Shown here in pieces: positions 52,701-64,000 of a stretch of DNA of 64,000 nucleotides. A program made the position numbers and the translations under genes. Within the stretch, counting starts at the first letter, position 1. Each line of letters opens with the position of its first letter. Source of the DNA: Paragordius varius (lineage: Eukaryota; Animalia; Nematomorpha); assembly GCA_964247055.1 (NCBI GenBank), contig OZ176054.1:5518001-5582000 (forward strand), read 5' to 3'. The notes below the pieces were generated by a model. It did not search any database. It was not told the origin of the DNA and worked only from the letters and a program-made list of their open reading frames with translations.

Positions 52701-55700
52701 GTATAAAATTTTATTTTTAATCCGATTTCCATAATATATTTATTTATATTTAAGGTGATTTTTTTCATATATTATTGTAACCTTTACCTTTTATATTTCG
52801 TATTACCCAAAATGGGTTGAGGTTTAGGTTAATATTATAGGATTATAACAAATTTATTTTTTCTTGCGTTATTATAACTGCAATATACCACAAAACAGTT
52901 ATATTTTAAACTAAATATATATTTAGAAAAAATCTTTTATTTCAACGTATGTAATATTATACACCACCCTATTAAACTGAAATAAAACAGACAATGCATT
53001 GAATAAAACGCTTATGATATTATGTGAAATAGCTTAGTGCTTGAGTTTAGATTACTATAATTATTATTAATTTATGTATATATGCATATAGGTATGTGCT
53101 TTGCGACACGTTACAAGTCGGCACCCAGAATGCGAAGGAGCCCAAAACGCTGTCCGAGTACACAATGGGATTCCTTTATTGATTAAATTGTTGAATCCAA
53201 ACAGTTCATCATGGTCACTTATAAAGGTTTATTCATCTTTCCTCTCCATATTTTTTTTAAATGAATTATTAGCAATATTATTAACATTTGATTTGTAATA
53301 TTAGGCAGTGATTGGTGTGATAAGGAATATAGCATGTTGCGCATCTAACCATTCAATGTTGCGTGAACAGGGAATTCTGCCTAAGTTGGCACAAATTTTG
53401 GTTCATTGTCATCAAGAAATCCACAAGGTATATATATATATTATAGGAATATAACACCTTTTTCTACAAAAAAAACACGTATACAAACAATACTTTTTCA
53501 TATGAACAATTAAAAAACATTGTTGTTCATTTAATAACGACATTTTTTTCAGTTTAAACCAGCGTTTTTTATTTTACCACTATTTATTTTTCTTTAAAAT
53601 TCATTATTTTAAGCCCACTATTGTTTTCTTATAAATATAATGTTGTGTTTACTAAATGTTGTTTTATATAAAATGCACCCCCTTCTCTTTAAATTTTTAG
53701 TTTAACTCATTTTACTACATTTTTATAAAAATATTGTCAAAATTGAATAATAAAAACAAAACATAAAACTAAGAAATAAATTTTAGACATCCATACTTTT
53801 CTACACTTGTTTTTTTTCTACATAACCTTTATAGTTACGATTGTTTTATCAGTCTGTATTTTTATTTTTAATTATGGGACCCAATATGATATACTAACTA
53901 AAATCATGGTTTAAAATATATGTCTATACACCATGTTTTTAGAGTAAATCTAAGGCAGCGGCTGAATCATCTAACAACAACAATGGAATTCCCCAATGTT
54001 CATCTCCCCTCATGAATAATCCTGATTCATCCACCAGTCCTGCGGCAGCAGTCGGAGGAGGGAATTGTAATTCTAAGATAACTCAAAATCACCACAATTT
54101 GGGCATTATGGAGGAAATTGTGGAAGCTTGTGTCGGTGCTCTTCATGTTTTAGCTCGTGAGGCCATTAACAGAGCTTTCATACGGGAACTGGGAATAATA
54201 CCCATATTTGTGCAGGTAGTATAAGGAATGTATTTAGTAGCTTTTATCCCTTAATTGTACCAGAAAGTCAAGTTTAAGTAAATATTCATTCCTAGTTTTT
54301 TCGTCTTTTTTCGCTTTTAATGAAATTTGTCTTTCCTGCTATTAATGCTATTTGTGGCATCAATTTATGAAAACTATAGTTAATATATAAAAATATATTA
54401 TTATCGCTTTTTTTCTCCCTCTCACTAATGGAATTGGTTCCGGCAATATCTTAATTGAAAACTATCAAAACTTTTTTTCTAACACTATATTTTGTGCCAA
54501 AATAGAGATTTTGATAAGTCTTTGGGTTTTATCATTGATTATTATATATGAAAAGATTTATGATAAATAAATGGAAGGTATTATAATTCCATGATTATAA
54601 ATCATATTTATATCTCTTTAATTATTAAAAATTAGCGTTTGTAAACACATAAGTATGTAATTTTTAATATTTATAATACAAAAAATAATGAGTGTTTAAT
54701 CATTTTATACATCTAATCATATCCTAAAATCTTACATCACAATCCATTTATCATTATCAGCTGTTGTATTCCGAAGCCGAAAACATCCAACGTGTATCAG
54801 CTGGTGTTTTGTGTGAATTGGCGGCCGAACGTGAAGGGGTGGACATGATTGAATCTCAGGGAGCGACGGCCCCTTTAACCACACTACTGCATTCACGGAA
54901 CGAGGGTGTAGGTATAAATACGATGCTTAAATTATTTTTACAAAACACATTTGACTAATTGACAAATATATTTGATTGAATTCTCTCTGATTTATTTACT
55001 CAAAAATCAACCCCTAACATTTCAAAGGAAACCATATTTTACAAACTAGATAGTTGTAAAAATAGAAATTATATAGGGTAAAAACAAATAGCTGAAGATG
55101 ATTTTATGATTTAGAAATATACTGTTTAAGATTGTACCTGTCTTTTGAGTTTTTTACTCACATAACTTTAACCCTCTACAGCAAAATAGTTTTTTTTGTA
55201 GGAAATGTCAAAAATTGGCTTCTGCTGTTATTATTACCAGTGATAAATCAATTAACATCTGTTACAATAGGACATATGAGATTTTTAATATGTCATTTAT
55301 CAATTTATACAAATGATTCATTATCTATATAGCCACATATGTTACCGCTCTCCTGTTTCGTATGTCGGAAGATAAACCATCCGATTACAAAAAACGATTG
55401 AGTGTTGAACTGACCACCTCCCTGTTTAACATGGATTCTCATCAAGTGATTGGGACAAATACACCCCCTTCTCTCATGCCGCCACCCTTGAACAGTGCTG
55501 GCCCTTTAACATCACCTATGATGCCACCAACTCTCCAGAATAATAATATGCAGCAAGGATTCATGAATAATAACTTCCCTGGGAATAACAACAACCTTGG
55601 GATGAATAATAATAGCAACATGATGATGATGTCTTCTTCGGGAGGTGAGGAGAATCTTATATTTATATATAATTTTTATAAAAATTTTAAAGTTTTTATT

Positions 55701-56709
55701 CGTTTTTAACTTTTTTGACGTATTGCAAAATATACATATTTTTTATGGTATATTATAGGTTTGTTGAGGATGTTTTTTTGTTTTTACCATGGTTTTTAAC
55801 ATCGTGTTCACTATAAAAAATTAAGGAAAAAATAAATAAAATATTACATGAATATCATAATTATTAGTCGGTATTTAGCGCATTCAAATTTTTTAATTAT
55901 CCAAAATTTTAAGTAAAATATTGTTCTAGCTCTTTAATGACTTGTTTGTTGCATATAAGAAAATCGGCTTAAAAATTTATATGACTATTTTATTTTATAC
56001 ACAATTTAGCCATTATAGTGCTTACGTAGAAATTTTAAAATTATTTTGTAAAAAAACATTTGACTACTTAAATCAGTTTTTTGTTTATTTTCTTTATATG
56101 CAACGTGTATTTAAAACTACAAAAATTGGTAAACAACCTTTATTACTTTAAAATTTACAACACACTATGTACAGCCTTATCCCGAATTTTTTTTTATCCT
56201 TCTTAACGATCTATCCCCAAAAATGTAATAGAAAAAATTACACTGTTAATTAACAATATGATAAAAATATAAATATATTTCATTCTTAAATCTTTCTTCC
56301 TTTCTTCCCTCAAAATCAAGGAAATGGACCTGTTTACCAACAAGGGCCAACCCCACCTTTACAACATCATCAATCACATCAACAACAACCATTCAGCTAT
56401 CACGGATTAGGAGGCAACAATGTTGGTGCTTTTAATAATGGTGTCGGAGGTGGGCCAAATAATGCATATTCGCATTATCAACCATCCTCTTATGAAGCGA
56501 ATCAGCAAATTCCACCCCTAAACGTGTTTCATCCAATGGGACAACATCAAACTCAACAACAACAACAACAGCTGATTATGCAGTCACCTAATGGAATGGA
56601 TCACATGGTGCCAGTACAATCGACCAATCAGAATCAGCAGCAACAGCAGCAGCAGATGATGATGATGAACAATGGCGGACAACCTTCCTGGTTTGATTCA
56701 GATCTTTAG
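43717..56709 (+). CDS. CTNNB1: Beta-catenin / armadillo, 16 coding exons, 938 aa
   Basis: Exons 43717-43857, 43886-43976, 44007-44194, 44630-44722, 48262-48382, 49494-49635, 50189-50390, 50590-50734, 51915-52018, 52494-52700, 53092-53226, 53305-53427, 53943-54215, 54761-54911, 55333-55644, 56321-56709 (2817 nt). Degron [17 protein letters not shown]; [13 protein letters not shown]; ARM repeats ([50 protein letters not shown]); [18 protein letters not shown]; C-terminus WFDSDL*. Confidence 0.97.
44885..45385 (+). repeat. ~500-bp direct repeat, copy 1
   Basis: Colinear with 47325-47885 (AAGGGTCGTACATGTCGTAATTATTAG, GGGTAAGAATTTTGATTTA, ATTTATGGTTTGTGTAAAATTATGTGAGAT in both); roughly 80% identity by eye. 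Confidence 0.8.
45387..47119 (-). mobile_element. IS630/Tc1-mariner (ITm) transposon remnant arranged as an inverted repeat (~600-bp arms, ~520-bp spacer)
   Basis: Arms ~45387-46003 and ~46523-47119 are roughly 90% reverse-complementary. Minus strand: HTH-like region ([19 protein letters not shown]), [26 protein letters not shown]; frameshifts present. Confidence 0.85.
47325..47885 (+). repeat. ~500-bp direct repeat, copy 2
   Basis: Colinear with 44885-45385. Confidence 0.8.
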
Positions 56710-58379
56710 GAGTTGGAATCAATTTACGATACAATAAACTAAAAACTATTTTTTTAGCATTTTTAAAAATATTTTCAACTATATTATCATATATACTTAG
56801 TATATCGTATTTCACAAAAGTTTATACAATAATATATACACATTATCATTTTTATCAAAATTTATTATATTGGTGGGTCAACTTTGGTTCACAAATATAA
56901 AAATTTCAAAAATTAATTTTTTTATAAATTTAGCATCAATAGATAACTTTGACATGCAGCACTTTATAACCAAAATATATATATTCTAATTTATATGTAA
57001 TAGTATTCGTTTATACACTCACACACATTTAATATAATTTTTATGTTGCATTTTTTGCAGATATTTTGGCATGATTTTTATTTAGTGATATTATTGTGAT
57101 TTTTATATTTAGATGTAGACCTTAATCTTAGCTATGTAGCTTTCACAAACTTTATATAAATTTATTTTTTTACCTTTAATAAATAAATTTTTTTGTAATC
57201 AATTATATAACCTATAAGTGTACAAAATAATTATTTTAATTTGAGCCTCTGGAATTATATAAGAGAATAATTTAAAGGATATAATTAAAATCCATTTGAA
57301 TATAGAGAAATTTGGAGTATAATTATAAAAGAGAAAACTTTTAAACATTAAATATAATTAAAAAGAAATTCATGATTAATTAATACTGTAGAAATTTTAT
57401 CTATATAATAGCGGTATAATAATTATTCAATTTTTACCATTCTTTAATTCGTCCTATATCATATAAATTTCGTACTTTTAGATATTTAATTATGAGTAGA
57501 ACGTTGTACTTAACACATTCATTTCAGTTTTTTGATTCGAATTGGGGTCTTTGGGGGCCTTATGCCTGTTTAAGACCAAATATTTCTAAAAATATGGAAC
57601 AAATTAACACCTCTGCAAAAGTCACCGAAACATAAAAATTGCATTAAAACAACTTTTAATTTTATCGATTACTTCATGTAAAAATTTAGTCAACATTACA
57701 TGTTTGCATGAGTCAAATACTACTTTTTCTAATGTTAGATGTGATTTATATAAATGAAAAAGCTTTAATTTTAGCTTTAGAATCAAATAAACATGAAATT
57801 TTGCAAAAATGTTCTAAAATAAAAATGGCATCGAAGTAGTTTGATATGAAACTTGTTTTCAAATCTAAATTGTATTTATATATTATGGATTAAATTTTTC
57901 ATTTAAGTATGAATAAGTATACGTTGCTAGAAAGTTATTAATTTTTTTAGAAATGCTAAAAAAAATTGTCAAAAACAATACTATTACCAAATATATAATA
58001 GAGTGAAACAATATATCTGGTTTATATGATGTTACTGTGTAGATAAAATCATTCACACACGATCTTATGAAAGTTCTGATCCAGCTTATTGAAAAGTTAT
58101 GACTATTTGTTAGCATGTAAAACTATGCGTTGATGTAAAAAAGATAGGTGAATGGATAGAAAATTATTTAAATACCAACTTTGCTACAGTGTAAATTTCA
58201 AAAATAATTTAAATAGTTCTGGGTCTACCCAATCAATGGTATATGACGTGACATATAATTATAATTATTTTTATAATAGTAATATTAATATGAAAAAAAC
58301 AATTATATATATTTTTCAAATTTATGTATTTGTCCCAATAATTTAATGTTTTGCGAAATTTTATCAAAAAAGCTTCACA

Positions 58380-59305
58380 ATTTTCTTCTGTATTATGTTT
58401 GACTATTACAATTGCTTTCAAGGTATCTATTGTGAATTACGTTTTTTCCGTAGTCCATATTTTTTATCAACGAAAAAACCCTTTCGGTGGCCGCATTGGT
58501 CCCAGGAGACTTAAAGCTAATTGATTTAACTTTTTAAATTTTCACACCGTAGATTTTGTGTAAAAAATAGCTAACCACCTCAAATCAGTATTTAAATCTT
58601 TTTAGATCCATTCATGTATCTTTTTCTCATCCACGTATAATTTTGAATAACTTGTTTCATCAATTTCATAGTTAGAGCAATTAGAAAAATCATTTTCAAT
58701 ATTTTATGATAATTCAATAACTTTTCGAACAATCAATCGATTTAGGAGAACGCAATTTAGTTCTGTTTTTTCGAATTGCTTTGACCATGCTGTTAAATAA
58801 TCATAACAATTCGTATAAAAAGCTTTTACTTCTTTTAAAAATGTGTTTCTATTGATCACCATTATTGAAATTGTCAGCACAGAAAGCGAAAATCTTCATC
58901 ATTAAATTATTTTTGTTAAATTGTTAATACCGAAGTTATATCGTCGGCCTTTTCATTTTCAATGGATATTATATCTAAAATTTTTGTTTTTGTGCCTTTG
59001 ATATAATGAAAGTAAAGAATTAATATTGGTCCAAAACCCAATTTCATGTATAAATTAGAGCAGAAAATAAAATATTAAAATAAAAAAAGGCCATAGTTTT
59101 TTACCGCAAAAAGAACCATTTATTTTTTATTTTAACAAAGGGTACTCTATGAAATTCTGCAAAAAAATTGTTTAAATAAAAGGTATTTAAGACATATTTA
59201 TAAAAAAAATTATTTTAAAAAGCAGTACAAAAGTCAGCGCAGTACAGGTGCGATTTTTCGAAAACCCAGTACTGTACTGCGAAAAATAGCATATCTGGTC
59301 ACTTA
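58380..59305 (-). mobile_element. Decayed Blackjack-like hAT remnant
   Basis: Minus-strand KSPGTNAATERVFSL (~58470-58520) and KIFAFCAD (~58880); TIR-like TCTGGTCACTTA ending at 59305, similar to the 14935-18331 element, but with CAGTAC/GTACTG subterminal repeats. The other end was not found. Confidence 0.7.
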
Positions 59306-60020
59306 ATTTTTATGTATAAATATAAACAAGCCATTTTACAAGCTTGAGTTCACGTTAGAGTTAAAGAACTCAAAATAAATCTTTTATAGGATAGGTTTAT
59401 AAAATTTAATCTCAAAATTCAATATATTATATTATCTATTTTAACGCAAAGTTTAATGCGACTATACTGGACAAATATTCCAGCTCTACATACTTTAATT
59501 TTTTTAACGACAAATCGTTTCGACTTCAAAAATTCAGTTGTCTCAGAAACGTTGTTCCCTCATGAAGAAAAATGTATAAATATATGTTTTTAAAAACATT
59601 GATAATCCAAGTTTTTTTGTGAAAACCGCAATTAAAAAAATCTTGTAATCTTAAAAAAATTATTACGTATAAAAAGTAATATATTATCCGATCGATGACA
59701 TTTTTTTAAAAATAAAACAAATAAAAATCATTTCTTCTGAATAAATTTTAGAATTAATAGAATGTTTATTTGTTTATGAAATATTATTATGATGGCTTAA
59801 AACGAAATTTAGATGAAATTGTAAAAATTGGAATTATTTCACATGTAATTAATTAATATAAATTAATTTTAGTGCTTTCTTGTTATTGCTCAAACTGCAT
59901 TCAACAAAATTACGTGTGTTTTACTAATTATCTTGGCGCATGTTATCATTTGACCAGGTCATCGGAAAATTCCTATGGGTATTTATTTGCACTTTTTTAT
60001 TTTTATCAAGACACACTACT

Positions 60021-60389
60021 CGAGGGGGGGGGGCAAGGGGGTGCATCCTGCCCCGGGCGTCGTTATTTAGGGGCGCCTTTTAAATCATTATTGTTCGCCA
60101 TTATCATAAGATCAATTCAATATATGCAACAAAAACATTATTTATATATATATAATTTCCATATTAAAAATTTTATTAGAATATTTATGTTTAAAAATGA
60201 ATAAATTTAGTATCATATCATATAATTATATATATTTAATAGATTTAAAATTTATATGAGCTGTCTTATCTATGATGTTTAGGTTGCTACGTTTGTATCT
60301 AAATTGTTTTATTGGCTTTTTTTAAAAAAAAGGGGGGGGGGCATATAATTTTTATGCCCCGGGCGCCGCAAATGCTCGGTACGCCACTG
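60021..60389 (-). mobile_element. hAT MITE, copy A (one TIR damaged)
   Basis: Ends CGGTACGCCACTG at 60389; 8-bp TSD ACACTACT (60013-60020, 60390-60397); body is the reverse complement of 60490-60892. Confidence 0.8.
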
Positions 60390-60489
60390 ACACTACTATG
60401 AAAAAACAACCCTGACTATTAACATCATATTTGTGGATTCTTTAAACTTAATCTCATAGTTTTTCTGTATTCTAAAAAGCGCGGATATG

Positions 60490-60892
60490 CAATGGCGTAC
60501 CGAGCATTTGCGGCGCTTGGGGCATAAAACTTTTATGGCGCCCCCCCCCCCCCCCCCCCCCCCCTCCCCCTTATTTTTAAAGGCCAATAAAACAATTTAG
60601 TAAAAAAATACAAACGTTGTCTACACACCATAGATAAGATAGCACAGTCATATATATTTTAAATTTATTAAATATATATATTTATATGATACTAAATTTA
60701 TTCAATGGTATTAATTAGGTGAATAGAGTATATATTATAGGGATTATTTCATAAATTGCTGAAAAATCTCATTTAAAAGTTCTTATTTTTTTGCAAAATT
60801 ACAATTTAATTTTAAAAAATCATTTAGGCGCCCCTAAATAACGGCGCCCGGGGCATGATGCACCCCCTTGCCCCCCCATCGGTACGCCCCTG
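60490..60892 (+). mobile_element. hAT MITE, copy B (403 bp)
   Basis: TIRs CAATGGCGTACCG / CGGTACGCCCCTG; exact 8-bp TSD CGGATATG (60482-60489, 60893-60900); internal poly-C tract at ~60540-60570. Confidence 0.88.
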
Positions 60893-61937
60893 CGGATATG
60901 TTTGAAACTAAATTTAACACATAATACGGACAAAACGTTAAAATATAAAGACAATATTTTTTTCTAAAGAAAATCCATAGTTTTTCAAACTTATATCCTA
61001 TTTAAATCATTTAATAAGAACCTTAAATTTATAATTGATTATGTTACCAATATACATCTCTATATTTTACTTTGGAAATAGAAAACAATGAGTTAAATTT
61101 AAATTAATCAAGATATAAAAAGTATGGTTGTCTTTTAAAAAAAATATTTGTCTGTATATTTTTACATTTTGTTCATATAATTTCAATTTTTACTGTATTT
61201 ATTTAATCAGTTGTCTAACTGGAGAGGAAAAAAATCGTAACTGTCCCCCAAACAGGGCCACCAGATTGTTGTATGATCCTGATTCAGTATTAAGAGGAGG
61301 GAATCTCACATGTTGCAATGGACATAGATGGTGTAATTATGAATTGGAGAACAATTTAATCCCAAACAATTTATTGGGTTACGAACTATCCATTTTAAAA
61401 ATGAAGAGTAAACGTAAAAACTAAAAGACAAATATTTTTGAAAAGTCTACCACAAACCACAATTTTTTTAAGATTAATATTGCCTCCATAAACTATTTAC
61501 AATTGTAAAATATGTAATTAAGTAAGCCAATATGTCTCTATTCCTTATTTTTGAAAAAAGAATAGGTTATAATAAAAAAGAAAAATATTATGACTGTCTC
61601 TATAAAAAACTATTTGTCCTTAGGTTTTTACGTTTTGTTTTTATAATTAATTTACTGTATTATGTCATTAGATAGCCATCAAACTTAAAATCTATTTTTT
61701 TACCTTAGCCAACTTGACAAGGCCATACATCAAAGGTTTCGAAATCCAAATGGATAGTATAAAGTTGTATGTGGATAATGCAATACGCACAGAATTCGAT
61801 ATATATGTTGGGAGTCGACCTAGCAATTATAGTTTCAGAGTTAGAAATAGTGTAAGCATCCAAAGTTTCTTACATATGGGCCTAATTAGTTTTGCTCTTT
61901 TTAACATTTATCTTAAACATATATAAAAATTAAAATT

Positions 61938-62171
61938 ATACGGACAAAACAAAAAAATATAAATATGAATATTTTCAAAAAATATCTCTACCTTTTTAAA
62001 CTTATTTTTTCATGTAAAAGTGTTTAAATTGTTGAAATTTAGATGTATAAGGGTAGTACAATCAATTTATTTATACTTTTGTAATTAAATAAAATAGGAA
62101 AAGAATTAAAAAGTGTGGTTGTCTTTTAAGAAAAAAATATTTGTCTTTATATTTTTACGATTTTTCCGTAT
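61938..62171. mobile_element. MITE family member (ATACGGA...TCCGTAT termini)
   Basis: Terminal 7-mers are exact reverse complements; body similar to 60924-61177 and 26976-27207. Confidence 0.65.
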
Positions 62172-62959
62172 TTCAAAAATAACTGCAAATTGTGTGCAAT
62201 CATCTTTTTGCCAAAATTTAGAGGGACTATCATGTTAAGTTTCTAAAGATACCAAATGTCATGATGACTGTTAGAACCTACCCTTATATCGGAGCTCGGA
62301 AGCAAGAAACGTATGGGCAAAAAATATATGTGACTTATGTTTCTGGTACAAATTATTTTATAAAAAGTATTTAGTTGAATTTTAACCCCTTGTTGATAGG
62401 TAAAATTAAAGTCTTCAAAATAGTTATTATTAAACTTATTTTGACCGCTAATGAATGCAACTATTCATGCCTATCAGCCACAAAATCATATATAATGTTG
62501 TAACTAAAGTTACATTAACAAATCAATTTTTTTAATAAAATCTATAACAAACTTGAAAAAAATTCTCACGTTTTCACAAGTTTTTAGTATCACACCATTT
62601 TTTTAAAAAAATTCCATAAACATATGAGAATTTCTAAACTGGTCCACTTTATAAATAGACATGGGGTCGCAATCATAAATGCATTTCTAATCCGTCAGCT
62701 TAACCCTAAATACAACATACTTTTCGCTAAATATTTTTGAAAAAGCTAAAGATTATGCTAAAACTTTCAAAAGATTATGCGAGTATCAGACAAATTGATA
62801 CACCTTGATTTTAAAATAAATTTTAGTTGTGAGAAGAAAATTTTTACATTTAGAAAATTTTTGTTAAACATGTAATTGGGTTGATTTCAATTCGTCAAAA
62901 AGCCCATATTATTTATGAAAAGTACGATTCATGTTTAATTAAAAAATAATCTAAAACAG

Positions 62960-63330
62960 TTAGTTTTAATCAAGGTCCAAATTGGTGGCATATAATAATT
63001 GAGGTATAATACCCCACCAATAATGACCGAAATTAAATCTCTATAAAGTAAAATTATGGAAAATAAGTGAAAATCGTTAACTTCATTTATGTATCTAGCC
63101 AAGTGCCGTCCATAAATTTATTATAAAAAAATTCTTTTTTTAATCATGGAAAATCCTTTTTTACAAAACTCTATATCAGTTGATAATGATTTTAATCGTT
63201 TTATGATATATATAATTCAGATTCGAGCGAATATTGGTTTTCAAATGTCAACATATCTCACACCCCATTTTTGCTTTTGTGCCAAAATTTCAATGAACAG
63301 ACGCATGCATTGGGCGAAGAAGATACATAC
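62960..63330 (-). pseudogene. Possible very decayed Tc1/Tc3-like transposase fragment
   Basis: Minus-strand IFHD*KKNFL and SVIIGG weakly resemble Tc3 FSDEKKFNL and VMVWG; weak evidence. Confidence 0.28.
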
Positions 63331-64000
63331 AATTGTAGAGTTTATGATATAAATAGATCTCCCCAACAATATATTACATACGGAATTTAAATTAAATTAC
63401 AATGTATAAAATATTAGTTATCTTATGCTAGATATTATATAGTAGATACTAATATAAAATACAGCAAATAAAATAATGAAGCTAAAACATTCAAACTAAA
63501 CCAATATTTTCTTAAAATGAAATGGGAAGGTTCTATTTTGTAGATGGTGTATAAGCAGTTGTTTTATTATTGCTATTTTTAAGTATCAATCTTTTTTTTA
63601 TTTAGGAGGGGTCTAAAATTTATAATCTCTTGACTCTGTGCACCATGAATGAATTATTTAGGAATTGATGACAGGGCCTACTTTAAGGGATCATTGCTTT
63701 TGTAGCCCTAGGTTGGAATAGAATTTAAATAAACTTTCAACATCAATATTAACATATTCGGTAATTTTTTTACAAAAAATTTTCCTATCTTTGTGGTAGC
63801 AAGATACTTCTATGGGTACCGAATATTATCATTCTGAAATCATTTGTAAATGCATAATTTTTAGCTAATGTTCATTGTGTTCCAGTTGGTAGTTGGTTTT
63901 AATAAAATAAATCAAATTGCCACATAAAAGATCACACTCATTAATAGAGGAAAGTGAATTTTGGAGAATACTTAAGGTCATGGAAGAGAAAAAGATAGAA

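Noticed and set aside
1-64000. Assigning the source organism (e.g. a parasitic invertebrate such as a nematomorph or mesozoan)
   Set aside because: AT richness, tiny introns and N-rich proteins are suggestive but not diagnostic; BLAST or phylogeny of ADK and beta-catenin is needed.

Overview
Very AT-rich (roughly 25% GC by eye) genomic DNA from an intron-containing animal; the species cannot be determined from this window. Manual GT-AG splicing gives four complete protein-coding genes whose exon totals are all multiples of 3: adenosine kinase (ADK, +, 6629-18797, 358 aa), the TFIIIB subunit BDP1 (+, 19445-26509, about 448 aa), a Pipsqueak-HTH/C2H2 zinc-finger transcription factor (-, 33854-30339, about 850 aa) and beta-catenin/armadillo (+, 43717-56709, 938 aa). 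Introns and intergenic DNA are full of DNA transposons: hAT elements with exact 8-bp target-site duplications (TSDs), PIF/Harbinger-like non-autonomous elements, IS630/Tc1/mariner relics and many palindromic MITEs. Main signals: (1) seven ultra-short introns of 21-30 nt, which are the first two or three introns of ADK, BDP1 and beta-catenin, while later introns in the same genes reach 3.7 kb; (2) a near-identical inverted pair of 1058-bp Harbinger-like elements in an ADK intron, carrying a duplicated exon-intron cassette; (3) repeated closely spaced inverted transposon copies, and a hAT with an internal antisense copy of its own transposase, all potential long-dsRNA sources in host pre-mRNA. 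No tRNA, rRNA or CRISPR array was recognised. All gene models and coordinates are by eye, without transcript evidence.
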